Shown: positions 1 to 12,276, numbered from the whole stretch's first letter. The stretch: DNA of 63,048 nucleotides, filler included, from Octopus bimaculoides (GCF_001194135.2; 11 parts of 11 records of this genome joined end to end with filler, not necessarily neighbours in it); one strand, 5' to 3'. Translations and numbers: made by a program. The notes: generated by a model not told the origin, from the sequence alone.

Positions 1-210
1 GAGCGTGGCCGTTTTCGTGCGGGTGACACGTAAAAGCACCCACTACACTCTCTGAGTGGTTGGCGTTAGGAAGGGCATCCAGCTGTAGAAACTCTGCCAA
101 ATCAGACTGGAGCCTGGTGTTGCCATCCGGTTTCACCAGTCCTCAGTCAAATCGTCCAACCCATGCTAGCATGGAAAGCGGACGTTAAACGATGATGATG
201 ATGATGATGA
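1..210 (+). mobile_element. 3' part of a SINE/LINE-tail repeat ending in (GAT)n
   Basis: Ends ...catgctagcatggaaagcggacgttaaac(gat)n. A diverged reverse-strand relative lies at ~7585-7690. Confidence 0.6.
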
Positions 211-2571
211 TATCCTTTCATTTGCATGATTTCAACTAATTTCTGTTCCAAAAAAGAATGGCGACTTCACCCGTCCTATCCATTTCTTCAGAAACTAGCA
301 ATAGTTTGGGTATTCAAGCTGGCTGCCTTGTCCCTTGCTTCACCTCCATATACTAGAGATCATACCATTTGGTTTTCTCAGTTTGAAGCTAATTTCACAG
401 CAAATAAAATTTCTTCAGATATGCATCGATTTCACCTTTTAGTCAATGTTTTGCCTCTTGCTTTAAGCAGTGAAATCAGAGACTTGATTAGCAGCCATTC
501 CAATGCCCACATCTTATCCAAGTATGAAAGCAGAAATTTTGTGATATACTTCTATGTCCAAAGAGAAGCAATTTCACCATCTCTTTCCCAAAGAATGTTT
601 AGAAGATAAGAATCCTTCCCAGCTGTTGAGAAGAATGAAAGAATTAGGAGAGGATAACCAACTTGAAGAGTCAATGTTGTGACAACTATTTTTCTTGTGT
701 CACCTTTTAAATGTGTAAGCCATTTTAATGCCTATAAAAGAGCAGAGCTTGACTACCAGCTTGGCAGATGGTATTATGGATATTACTGCTAATATAGACG
801 CTTATTCTCCTACTTTCATCTTTTCTATTAGTGTTATTTCATAAAACAACTGAAGATAGAATTTGGGTTTTAACAGATAAACTTGAACAGTTGCAATTCT
901 CCAGATATTCTACATGCTTGAATTCTCATGGTCAGAGAATTTCTAGAAAGTATTCTTTCAGTCTTCATAGAAGGCCTACATTGTTCTGTTGGTATTACAA
1001 TTTTTTTTTTTTTGGTGTTAATGCACACAAATGTATTCAACTGTGTCCTTTCAAGTCATCTAATCAAGTGTGGGAAAATGGCACACCAGGGATTAAGGGT
1101 GACTACATCCCTGAGTGGCCTTTCAGAATGTCATGTTTTTTGTTGTTTTATTTATTTATTTTTTTTTTTTGCCCACAACACCATTTCAAAGCATTCATTC
1201 CTGGGTGATACAGGAGCAGCTTGCATCATTTAGCCTGTGAAACTCTTTGGCAATTCACAGAAACCATCAGCTATTACATTACAAGCTGTTAACTGTTCTC
1301 CTATTTTCACTTATGGTGAGAAAGCTATCAATCTGTATCTTAATTTAAGGCATCAATTCAAGTAGAATTTTATCATTTCTGATCTTTCATATTCTATCCT
1401 TAATGCTGACTTGCTGCATCATTTTGGGTTTCTTGTAAATTTGAAACACAAGCAACTAATAGATTCAGGAACAGAATTGTCTGTGCAGGGTATGTACAGT
1501 AAACCTGCTACTGCCAGTCCTCTTTGTACCCTCTACATCTAATCATTATCATACAATCCTTAAGAAATTTTCAGGCATTACTCACATTGATCTTAATAAT
1601 GAGAGTTTGGTACAATTTGTTACACATCACTAAGGGACCTCTTTTTTTTTATCACAAATTCATACAATAAAAGAAAATGTTGAATCCATTACAAATATCC
1701 CTGTTCCTGCATCGCTAAGGAAGTTGTGAGAACTTCTTGGTCTTATTAACTTCTATGCACTGTATGGAAACCATATTTCCATTAACAGAGTTGTTATGTA
1801 ATCATTAAAAGAAAAATTATTTCTCTAAATATGGCAGAATTGCAGTCTTTTAATGATATCAAATAAAAGTTAACTTAAGTGACACTATTAGCCCATCTGG
1901 TACCAGAAGCTCCTCTGTCATTGATGCATCTGATGTTGGAAACAGTGGGGTACTGCAACAATTTGCTTAAGATGCTTGGCAACCCCTTTCTTTTTTTTTT
2001 CCAAATGCTTCAAACCAACAGAACTGAAGTACAGAACTTTTGGAAGAGAATTATTGGTCACTTATTTATCTGTGTAGCATTTTTGACATTTCTTAGAAGG
2101 ACGAACCTTCACCATTTATATTGATCACAAGCTGTTGATGTAGGCATTGCATTCTAAGACTGATAAATACTTTCATTGAGACATCAGATACCTTGATTGT
2201 ATTTCAGTTTACAGTAGATATTCATTAGATCAAGGGTGCTGATAATTCTGCAGCATATACCTTAACCCATGTCTATGTCAATGCTTTGCACCAATACTGT
2301 TGACTTGGAAAAGATTGCTATGAATCAAAAAGACAATGAAGAGTTATCACAACTCTAGACATCAGAGTCACCTTCTTTGGATTTTTGTCTATTACCACTG
2401 CATTCTAGAGATTTGCTTACATTGTGTGATGTTTCCACTCGATATTCTAGACTGTATGTCCCAGATAATCATAGAAAAACTGTTTTCTCCACCCTCCATA
2501 ATTTATCTCATCTGGGTATGTCAGCAACAGCAAAATTAATTTCAAATTGTTTTGTTTGGCTAAGTTTGCAA

Positions 2572-3388
2572 ATAATGTGCTATCAAATGACATGTTCTTG
2601 TGGGGGTATGTACACAGGATTGACGAAAAGACAGCTTCACATTAGAGTGAAGGAGAATATCAAAGCCACACTACCCAGTGCCATATTCCAACACCACCAA
2701 TGTGGTAGGGATTTTTTCACCTGTATATTGGCTAGGAAGACAGATACAGTCAATGTCAGAAACATGGACGCACACTTCATTAGGCAGGAAGTACCCAGCC
2801 CTAACTGCCCAGAGTGAGCTCAACAGTTGAAAGTTCATCTACTGCTTCCAGAACTTTTAACCAGCACTAGCAATAGACCCCACAAAAAGCAAATGGAAAG
2901 AATGTCTGTAAAAAGAGCTTTGATCCAAAAGCAACATAGCTATCCACAGATTACATGCTGCATGTAGCATCCATCCATCCATCCATCTATTTTTATAAAC
3001 TTTAAATCTTTAAAACTTAAAACCTTAAAACTCTAAAACTTTAAAACTAAAACTGAAATTCTGGAGAATTTTTGAGATTTTATGAATTGTTCCAGAAACA
3101 TTTTCTTCAAGGGTTTTTTGAAATTTGTGAAGTTTATTAAGTTTTTAAACAAAATTTTCTTTTTTCTTTTCTTTAAGCAAATTATTTCTTTAAGTGGTTT
3201 CTTTTTGAGATTTCTCTAGAAATTTTTTTTTAACTTCTCTTGTCTTGTTCTTAATTTCTTTTAACTCCTCTTAATTTCTCTTAACTTAACTGCCCTTGAT
3301 TTATTGAGTTACAGTATTTCATTCTCCTTCTTTACCTTCCCAGCCTCTCCTACTAACAGCTTTACCCTGTTATCTTTCTTCCTATACT
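2572..3388 (+). mobile_element. Penelope-like element 3' fragment (GIY-YIG endonuclease plus non-coding tail) inserted in the Gypsy integrase zinc finger
   Basis: 'CYQMTCSCGGMYTGLTKRQLHIRVKE' matches the GIY-YIG pattern Y.I.C.CG..YIG.T.R.L..R..EH. Gypsy 'FVW' is on the left and 'MQNDISNW..C..CQK' on the right. Boundaries approximate. Confidence 0.7.
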
Positions 3389-4209
3389 AGAATGCAAAAT
3401 GACATTAGTAATTGGGTGTGCTATTGTATATCCTGCCAAAAAAAACAAAATTATGTGCCACCTCAAAACATTGTTAAACATCTTTGCTACTCCTGACGAT
3501 CATTTCAAGTATATCCATATAGATATTGTGGGTCCCCTTTCACCAGGCCAGGATAACATGTATCTTTTGACCTGTATAGACTGTTTTTACCAGATAACCT
3601 GAAGCTACACATATTAAGGACATTTCAGCACTTACAGTTGCAAAGGCCTTAATGATTGAGTGGATCTCACATTTTGGAATGCCTTTGACAATAACAACTG
3701 AAGGGGTCATCAATTTGAATCCAGTCTGTTTGCTGACCTATCTAACTTGAAAGGTATGTGTCGAATTTGTACTACAGTTTACCACCCTATATCTAATGGA
3801 ATGTTAGTACAGTCTCATTGATAACTTAAAGCAACTTTTCGAGTGCATTCCAATTCAGATAGATGGTTAGAAACCCTGTCAATCATGTTACAAGGTTTAT
3901 GTTCTGCTATTAAGGAAGATCTCGGTTACTCTCCAGCAGAATTATTGTATGGTTCGGCACTCATACTGCCTGGTCAAATGATACTGGCCACAGATACTCA
4001 ACTACATAATCCTACCAATTATATTTGACTGCAAAATTACATAGTGGGGTTTTCCCCCATTAATAACATGACTGGAGCCAATTAAATCTTTTGTTCTGTC
4101 TGATATCAATACTGGGATTCATGTTTTAGTATGTAATGATGCAGTTAAGCATCCCTTACAAACAGTTTATTCTAGCTCGCCCCATGTGTTAAAAGCTTAA
4201 ACCAAAGTA

Positions 4210-6732
4210 CAGGCATACCTCACCCTATGTCGTTAATTGGTTCCATGAGACATGACTTAAGTCAAATTAACTTGTCTCTAGGGTAAGCTAGGCCAAATTT
4301 ATTTGTCTTTAGGCTAAACTGATAATAACCATTCCCAGTTCTGTACTTTATTTATGAATGCATTTTCAATGATACATGGTTGATAAAAACCTATTTTGAG
4401 CTTACAAATAATTTTTATTTTTTAATACAGTACAGTGAAAAAAAAAAGTACTCTAAATTTACAAATACAATTTGGTGGTGTTTACTGTGCATCACAGATC
4501 CATTATTTATGAATGTGGTTTGCAATGAGACATGGTAAAATAAAAGCCATTTTTAAGCTTAAAAAACAGATTCAGTAATTATTAATATCTTGCAAAAGTA
4601 AACAAAACTAAATTATTTTAAATTTACCAATACATACATACAATTTGGTGGTTTACATCGTGAATGTAGATGGCTGTGGATCGTCAACATCAATAGCTCA
4701 CTCTGGCTGTGCTTGTTGTTCGATGCGCTTAAAAAAACCAGTTGAGAGTTCCTGGAACTGTCTTCTTTTCCTCAAGGATTACATTATAAGGAACAAAAGC
4801 TTCATGACAAGCCCCCATAATCTTGGAAAAGTGTTGAGCATTTGAATCCATATCCTCGAACATAGAAAGACCTTTTTCGGTATATGCAAATGCTTGCTAC
4901 ATTTTCTCAATGGTAAAATGATGTGGCTCAGGTTCAACTTCTTCTCCTTTATTTTGCTGCTTGTGAAGCTCTATCAAATGTTCATTCATCAGGGGCTGCT
5001 TGTCTTTTTCAACTAAATCTGTGAAATCCCCCTCCTCCAAATCCATTTCCAGTTCTTTGCTCATAGTCACCGATGTTTTGTTGATGCCAACATTATCAAA
5101 CCCCTTAAAATTATTCATGAACTGCTGGCAAAGCTTCTGCCATACATTATTCATAGCTATGCTCTGTACATCATTCCATGCCGCTGCTATGTTCTGTACA
5201 GCCTTGTAGATATTGTATCTCTTTCAAAAGTTATGAAGTGTGATGGACTCAAGATCAGTCGCAGCTACTGCTTGCCACGGTGTACGCTTCATATAATAAC
5301 ACTTGAAGATAGCAATTATTCCCTGATTCATTGACTGCAGAAGAAATGTGGAGTTTAGAGGAATGTATATGACGGTAACGTTGGGGTCTGTGGGTGGCCA
5401 GGAGTATTATCTAAGATAAGTAAAACCTCAAAAAGAATTCCATTCTCCATATAGTACTTTCTCTGTTGGAGGGATAAAATGATTGAAGAACTAATCTTCA
5501 AAAACAACAACAGTAATCCATGCTTTTGAATTATCCATCCATATAACAAGGAGAGATGTCTTGAGTATGTTCTTCAGGGCATGGAGGTTGTGTGCATGAT
5601 ACACAAGCAATGGCTTTAAATTAAAATCTCCTGCACAATTACCTCCCTCATAATGCCCACATGTTCTTTTGAGACCTTGTAGCCTAGAATAGTTTTCTCC
5701 TCCTTGGAAACAATCTAGCAATTTTTTCCAATACAATCCAGTTTTGTCTACATTAAAAATCTGTTCAGGAAGAAACCCATTTTCTTCAATGATTTTCTTT
5801 AATGCATTCAGAAATTTCACTGATGCTTGTTTGTCAGCTGATGCTGCTCCTTAAATCTTATGAACCATACTTGACTTCCCTTGAACTCTACATCTTTCTC
5901 ATCTGGATATTTTTTCTTTGGGTCCTCAGACAAAGACAACGCCTTCACTTGAATGATTTCTTGACTAATAGTAGCACGCTGATGATTCAACCAAAGAGAA
6001 AGAAGACTTTCCTTTTCTTCAAAGATTTTGCCTCTTTTCTTATTGATGACAGTGTTCTTCATCCTTGGGGCTTCAGATGTGAAATGTGCAAAAATCTTTT
6101 CCTTATTATGTACAATAAACGATACAGTTGTCCGATTCATCCCAAAAGATTGTGCAATTGCTACCACTTTTTCACCTTTTTCATGACGTTTTATCATAGC
6201 CAGTTTATCTTCCAGCGTTATAACACTTATCACTTTCACTATGAATTTTCTTAGGAGCCATGGGGGCAAAAAATAAAGTCACAAATGAATGAGAATGAGA
6301 AGATAGCCAATAAACAGACATAAACAAATCTGAATTCAAAACAATCATGGGAATCACAGGTGACAACAATGCCTAATGGTAGATATTAGAACTACAGTGC
6401 AATATGTGTTCCGAAAGACCGATAAATAAGACATCTGATTTCATGATTTCATTCACTAAGCTACGCTACTTTATGGTGTGTATCTTAACATTTACTGTGC
6501 GTATTTCAATATGATTTTATATGCTTTTATTCTTATTTATTGTATAGTAACATGATTTTATGTGCTTTTAACGGTTTTCTAGTGATTTTACAATTCCAAT
6601 GTTTGTGGTAGACAGGTGTAAAGTTGAGTAAACTGACTTAACTTGATTTTTATTTTTCCATATATTATTTTTGAAAACAATGTATAATTGAGAATGACTT
6701 AAATTGAAACAACTTACGTCGAGGTATGCCTC
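4210..6732 (-). mobile_element. Full-length (~2.5 kb) Tigger/pogo DNA transposon, defective
   Basis: TIRs caggcatacctc (4210-4221) and gaggtatgcctc (6721-6732), one mismatch. TA target duplication at 4208-4209 and 6733-6734. Contains the transposase remnants listed next. Confidence 0.9.
4897..6269 (-). pseudogene. Frameshifted pogo/Tigger transposase (HTH-psq, CENP-B HTH, DDE)
   Basis: ORF pieces 5817-6269 (ITLEDKLAMIKRHEKG; FKGSQVWFIRFK), 5491-5820 (QIFNVDKTGLYWK), 5355-5549 (LLILDNTPGHP) and 4897-5154. Confidence 0.9.
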
Positions 6733-8033
6733 TATATGGTTTTGAACATTCAGGAGAGACAGGAAATTGTTAGTGTTGATCAACGTAAGCAGGAACCACA
6801 ACACTTCTCCTGCCACAACACTCCTCTTGCCACAACACTTCCCCTCCACAACACTCCTCTGTCTCTTCTTCAACACCCAAACAATCTACTCATAAATATA
6901 ATGCATTAGCTAACAACAGTTCATTTCATACTGGCAGAGTAACTAAGAGTAGAAGAGTATGTTGATTGGTTAGATACACTCGCATATGTTTTTAACACAA
7001 AAACACACACAACAAAAACAATGTGTTTTCTTTTTATAGTTACCTGCCAAAAAGATTTTTAAAACTTCAGAACTTTGCATTTTCTGTAAACTTTACAGTG
7101 TTGCATGGACATTTTTTCAACAATTTTGCAGTATTCAATATTTCTTCTTTTTCTTTTTGTACTTGAGTTGGTCTCTCATTTAATGTGAATTCCCTTTTTT
7201 ATTGTTTGGTTTTCATAGATTTCATGCAAAAGAACTGAGAAGAGGCTACTTGTAGCTGAGCAGACATCACAAATCAAACCAGAATAGTTTCATGGGATCA
7301 GTTTATTAAGCAACAAATCAACATCAAGCTATTGCATGATTCGATTTTCTAGAACTTTCCAATTGTGCCCTATATAGAGATGGTTTTTGGTGGTAATCAC
7401 AGAATATTAAGGCAGTCGCATGACATCTCTATTCTCTCCTCCACATCCAGCAGATTAAGATAGCTGGCAGAATAGACAAGAATTTCTGTCACCACAAATA
7501 TAGCACAATTATTTTCCAATTGTGATGGGCTAGCCGCAGATTTTTGTATCAGTTAACTTGCTGTAAATCCCAAACAGTATGTTTCTCATCATCGTCATCA
7601 TTTAACATAAATTTTCCATGCTGGCATGGGTTGGACAATTTGGCAGGAGCTGACCAGCCAGGGAACTGTCCAGACATCAATTGTCTGTTGGTGTCATGTA
7701 GGGAGCAAATTGATATATAAACAAAACACATACAATATGTATATGTAACAGATAATGTGTGTGTGTGTGTGTGCACGCGCATGTGTATGTTCTATTTCTC
7801 TTTTTAACTTGCAACTGACTTGGTAGCAAGGTTATCAAGGAAAGTACCATGATTTTGATTATCATCTTTTAAATGTTGAGCTCTTTGTTGTAGAGAATTA
7901 GTAATAATAGTACACCCCTCCCATGTGATGAGTAGAATGAGACAATCACTATAAGTAAAGTGACATTGGCCAGTATCGAGAGAGTACATATAGACTGTGT
8001 TGAGTGTCATGTCATACAGAGCTAAAAAGCAAT

Positions 8034-8408
8034 ACATTTAAGTGGCAAATATACTTCACTTTATCGTGCAGTTACTGTTAATACCTCGTTCAGAGATTTA
8101 ACATTGCTTGTTTTCACTTTTTCGATATCAGTGAATAATTTCACTGGAAAAAGTTACATATATTTGCCAAGAATTATCTTTTGCATCGAAGGTCGGCGAT
8201 TGTCGTACGCTGAAGAAGGGAAATAACCCTGAAACTCGAGTACGTACGTATCGTAGATCAAGATGGGAAAAATAACTTCCCTTGGCAAATACAGACAGGA
8301 CACAGATGTGTGTCGATAGCCAGCTGGAGGAGATGTCCTCCTGGGGCTAAAAGCAACAGTAACATCCACCCCTCGGGGTCAGCCACATTTAAGTGGCAAA
8401 TATACTTC
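8034..8408 (+). repeat. 351-bp unit carrying the hammerhead, with a second unit starting before the N gap
   Basis: acatttaagtggcaaatatacttc occurs at 8034-8057 and again at 8385-8408, where the contig ends. Confidence 0.55.
8204..8248 (+). ncRNA. Minimal type I hammerhead ribozyme, intact core
   Basis: Helix I CGTACG(8204-09)/CGTACG(8243-48); core CTGAAGA; helix II AGGG/CCCT with loop AAATAA; GAAA; palindromic helix III ACTCGAGT; GUA cleavage triplet. Folded by eye. Confidence 0.75.
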
Positions 8409-9123
8409 NNNNNNNNNNNNNNNNNNNNNNNNNNNNNNNNNNNNNNNNNNNNNNNNNNNNNNNNNNNNNNNNNNNNNNNNNNNNNNNNNNNNNNNNNNNN
8501 NNNNNNNNNNNNNNNNNNNNNNNNNNNNNNNNNNNNNNNNNNNNNNNNNNNNNNNNNNNNNNNNNNNNNNNNNNNNNNNNNNNNNNNNNNNNNNNNNNNN
8601 NNNNNNNNNNNNNNNNNNNNNNNNNNNNNNNNNNNNNNNNNNNNNNNNNNNNNNNNNNNNNNNNNNNNNNNNNNNNNNNNNNNNNNNNNNNNNNNNNNNN
8701 NNNNNNNNNNNNNNNNNNNNNNNNNNNNNNNNNNNNNNNNNNNNNNNNNNNNNNNNNNNNNNNNNNNNNNNNNNNNNNNNNNNNNNNNNNNNNNNNNNNN
8801 NNNNNNNNNNNNNNNNNNNNNNNNNNNNNNNNNNNNNNNNNNNNNNNNNNNNNNNNNNNNNNNNNNNNNNNNNNNNNNNNNNNNNNNNNNNNNNNNNNNN
8901 NNNNNNNNNNNNNNNNNNNNNNNNNNNNNNNNNNNNNNNNNNNNNNNNNNNNNNNNNNNNNNNNNNNNNNNNNNNNNNNNNNNNNNNNNNNNNNNNNNNN
9001 NNNNNNNNNNNNNNNNNNNNNNNNNNNNNNNNNNNNNNNNNNNNNNNNNNNNNNNNNNNNNNNNNNNNNNNNNNNNNNNNNNNNNNNNNNNNNNNNNNNN
9101 NNNNNNNNNNNNNNNNNNNNNNN

Positions 9124-9156
<33 letters not shown>

Positions 9157-9344
9157 TATTTATACACACATACACATAAACACATTTATACATGTACATA
9201 CACAGGTGCCGGCACAGTTGTGTGGTTAAGAAGTTTACTTCTTAACCATGTGTTTCTGGGTTCAGTCCCACTGCATAGCATCTTGAGCAAGTGTTTCTAA
9301 CTATAAACCCAAGTCAAGCAAAGTCTAATTCGTGGATCTCTTTT

Positions 9345-9742
9345 ATTCTTTTACTTGTTTCACTTATTTGACTGTGGCCATGCTAGAGCACCACCTTTAG
9401 TCAAGCAAATCTACCCCAGGATTTATTCTTTGTAAGCCTCGTACTTATTCTATCGGTCCATTTTGCCGAACTGCTAAGTTACGGGGGATGTAAACACACC
9501 AGCATCTGTTGTCAAGCGATGTTGGGGGGACAAATACAGACACACAAACATATACACACACAAACATATACACACACACACACATATATATACATATATA
9601 CGACAGGCTTCTTTCAGTTTCCGTCTACCAAATCCACTCACAAGGCTTTGGTCGGCCCGAGGCTATAATAGAAGACACTTGTGCAAGGTGCCACACAGTG
9701 GGACTGAACCCGGAACCATGTGGTTCATAAGCAAGCTACTTT
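9345..9742 (-). mobile_element. tRNA-derived SINE, family S1 (most abundant repeat in the window)
   Basis: Head ggcgcaggagtggctgtgtggtaag...gggttcagtccc, internal (TA/TG)n, tail ending gtcaaatgactgaaacaagtaaaag. Many copies in the window. Confidence 0.8.
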
Positions 9743-9925
9743 ATTTCATTGAATTAGCCACAAGGGCTGTACATAGAGTGGTAGCTGCGGGCTGGACAAA
9801 GACATAAATGTGATGAGGATGATAANNNNNNNNNNNNNNNNNNNNNNNNNNNNNNNNNNNNNNNNNNNNTTAATTAATTAANNNNNNNNNNNNNNNNNNN
9901 NNNNNNNNNNNNNNNNNNNNNNNNN

Positions 9926-10075
9926 ATGTGTACGGATGGATGTGTATGGATGGATGTGTACGGATGGATGTGTAAGGATGGATGTGTATGGATGTATGTG
10001 TATGGATGTATGTGTACGGATGGATGTGTATGGATGGATGTGTACGGATGTATGTGTATGGATGTATGCATGTAT
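9926..10075. repeat. Minisatellite, ~24-bp unit atgtgtacggatggatgtgtatgg
   Basis: Directly visible tandem units next to a gap. Confidence 0.8.
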
Positions 10076-10216
10076 AACCTACAGGCAAAAGAAGGTCATT
10101 CTGATACAAAACTGGATGTGCAGCGAATGGTATTGGACATTTTGGGGATCTTTTGCTGGTATTTAAAATCTTGGTGCTCCCACATTCTTGACAATGTGCC
10201 CCATATTAGTACTGTA

Positions 10217-10377
10217 TTATTATTCAGGTCACTACCTGGAATCGAACTCGGAATCTTGGGGTTAGTAGCCTGCACTCTTGATCACTACACCCACGGGTAT
10301 ATGGCATACTGGTTAAGAGCGCAGGCTACTAACCTCAAGATTCCGAGTTCAATTCCAAGTAGTGACCTGAATAATAA
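10217..10377. repeat. Head-to-head pair of tRNA-like (pol III A/B box) heads forming a 70-bp inverted repeat
   Basis: Arms 10217-10286 and 10308-10377, 21-bp spacer. Each has a B box (gagttcRattcc) and ends gtagtgacctgaataataa. Confidence 0.75.
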
Positions 10378-10412
10378 TAACAATAACATTAATAATAATA
10401 ATAATAATAATA

Positions 10413-10993
10413 AAGATAGAGAAATTAAGGCAAATAGACCAGATATAGTTGTCAAAGATCATGAAGAAAAAAAATGCTTTCTAATTGATGTATCAATACC
10501 AGCAGATGACAACGTTTATCTAAAAGAAATGGAAAAACTTTCAAAATACAAAGACCTGGAAATAGAGGTAACTCGAATGTGGAATCTAAAAACAGAAACA
10601 ATATCTATCATAGTGGGCGCCTTAGGTATAATAAAAAAATATTCAGACAAATACATAACAAAAACACCAGGACTTACAAATATATATAACATACAGAAAA
10701 TTGCACTACTGGGCACTGCACACATCCTACGCAAAACACTTTCAATACAGTAACCATAAGAGCATCACAGCAAACCACAGCACATACCNNNNNNNNNNNN
10801 NNNNNNNNNNNNNNNNNNNNNNNNNNNNNNNNNNNNNNNNNNNNNNNNNNNNNNNNNNNNNNNNNNNNNNNNNNNNNNNNNNNNNNNNNNNNNNNNNNNN
10901 NNNNNNNNNNNNNNNNNNNNNNNNNNNNNNNNNNNCACAGAGCTGCGCTCGGTAGTGAAGTGAAAGCACGTTATGAAAATAAAACTACTGAAC

Positions 10994-11022
<29 letters not shown>
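10413..11022 (+). mobile_element. 5'-truncated R4/Dong-clade non-LTR retrotransposon (RLE endonuclease plus 3' UTR, gap inside), flanked by (AAT)n
   Basis: 'RPDIVVKD...CFLIDVSIP...KEMEKLSKYKDL...IIVGALG' (PD-(D/E)xK type), stop at 10753. The same sequence recurs at 63010-63048 and its 3' tip at 49022-49070. Confidence 0.85.
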
Positions 11023-11028
<6 letters not shown>

Positions 11029-11079
11029 CAACATCGAAAATACCTTAGGAATGAGAACCCAGGTTCGAAATTTCCCCAA

Positions 11080-11125
11080 GACACCTGACGAAGGCTGGAG
11101 GGTATATCAGCCGAAACGTTGTGTT
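11080..11125 (+). ncRNA. Minimal type I hammerhead ribozyme, intact core
   Basis: Helix I GACAC/GTGTT; core CTGACGA plus an extra A; helix II GGCTG/CAGCC; GAAA; palindromic ACGT helix III; GUU cleavage triplet. Confidence 0.7.
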
Positions 11126-11793
11126 CACAACAAACAAGATGAGGACAAATATCCGTCAAATGTAAATAATGTACATTGTTGGTATGTTTACGTCCCCATA
11201 ACTTAGCAGTTTAGGATAGGAGAGCGATAGAATAAGTACTAGTTTGGGAAAAAAAAAAAGGAAAAATGTCCTGGGGGTTGATTCCTTTGACTACAAATTC
11301 CTCCAGCATGGCCGCAGTCTAATGACTGTGACAAACAAAAGATAATATTTAGAAAAAAAAAAGAAAAAAAAACAAGATCTAAACACAAAATGAATCCAAT
11401 GAGTAAATTTTCCACAGATAAAAGGCTTAAAAATAATACGTTTTTTGCTAGAGATCTTTATGTTGATATCGTGAACATCTGTTTGTTAATTGTGCTGTTA
11501 GAATGGAGAGATAATATCGTAGTTGCCTTGATGCTGAGATAGAAAGCATGGCTAAGGTCACCTGAGAAGCTAGATGTGGATAAAGGTTAGAAACTGAAGT
11601 CGCAGATTCTGATCAATTGACGTGCTTAGGGTGTTATTGCAATCAGTTTGTTTTAATTAGCATTGTTCCAAATTATATGCATCACGCTTATAGTTTTCTG
11701 AGACACTGAAGATTATGGGATACGGCAAGATTATCTTATGGAGATCACATTACCATTATCCTCATCACTATCATCACCATCATATATGTCATA

Positions 11794-12068
11794 GGCGCAG
11801 GAGTGGCTGTGTGGTAAGTAGCTTACTTACCAACCACATGGTCCTGGGTTCAGTCCCATTGCGTGGCACCTTGAGCAAATGTCTTCTACTATTATAGCCT
11901 TGGGCCAACAAAAGCCTCGTGAATGGATTTGATTGATAGAAACTGAAAGAAGCCTATTGTATATGTGTGTGTGTGTTTTCTCCCACCACCCGTTGACAAT
12001 TGCTAATGGTGTGTTTACATCTCTGTAACTTAGCAGTTTGACAAAAGAGACCGAGATAATAAGTACCA
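11794..12068 (+). mobile_element. SINE S1 copy (3'-truncated)
   Basis: Matches the S1 head and body. Confidence 0.75.
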
Positions 12069-12276
12069 GGTGGCTGGCTGGCAGAAACGTTACCACGCCG
12101 GGCGAAATGCGTAGCGGCATTTCGTCTGTCGTTATGTTCCGAGTTCAAATTCCGCCAAGGTCAGCTTTGCCTTTCATCCTTTCGGGGTCGATAAATTAAG
12201 TACCAGTTGCATACTGGGTCGATCTAATTGACTGCTCCTCAAAAATTTCGAGCCTTGTGCATAGAGTAGAAAAGAA
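12069..12276 (+). mobile_element. tRNA-derived SINE, family S2
   Basis: gctggcagaaacgtta...gagttcaaattccgcc...ggggtcgataaattaagtaccag...tagagtagaaaagaat. Other copies at 17222-17435 (-) and 54081-54187 (+). Confidence 0.75.

Larger units (their letters stand above)
320..6990 (+). mobile_element. Decayed Ty3/Gypsy LTR retrotransposon (CsRn1-like), interrupted by two nested insertions; no LTRs recognised
   Basis: Gag 'PPYTRDHTIWFSQFEANF' and CWY..FG..A.KC...C motif (~985-1050). Protease FLGDTGA (1207). RT connection VESITNIPVP...LLGLINFY (1681-1760). RNase H 'HFLEGRTFTIYIDHK' (~2060-2135). Integrase H..H (2450-2570) and core 'IHIDIVGPL...YLLTCID', 'YSPAELLYG' (3392-4207). C-terminus resumes at 6735. 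Many stops and frameshifts. Confidence 0.85.

Noticed and set aside
7232-7270. ctgagaagaggctacttgtagctgagc, a possible hammerhead relic
   Set aside because: Core and GAAA are both broken; too degenerate to call.
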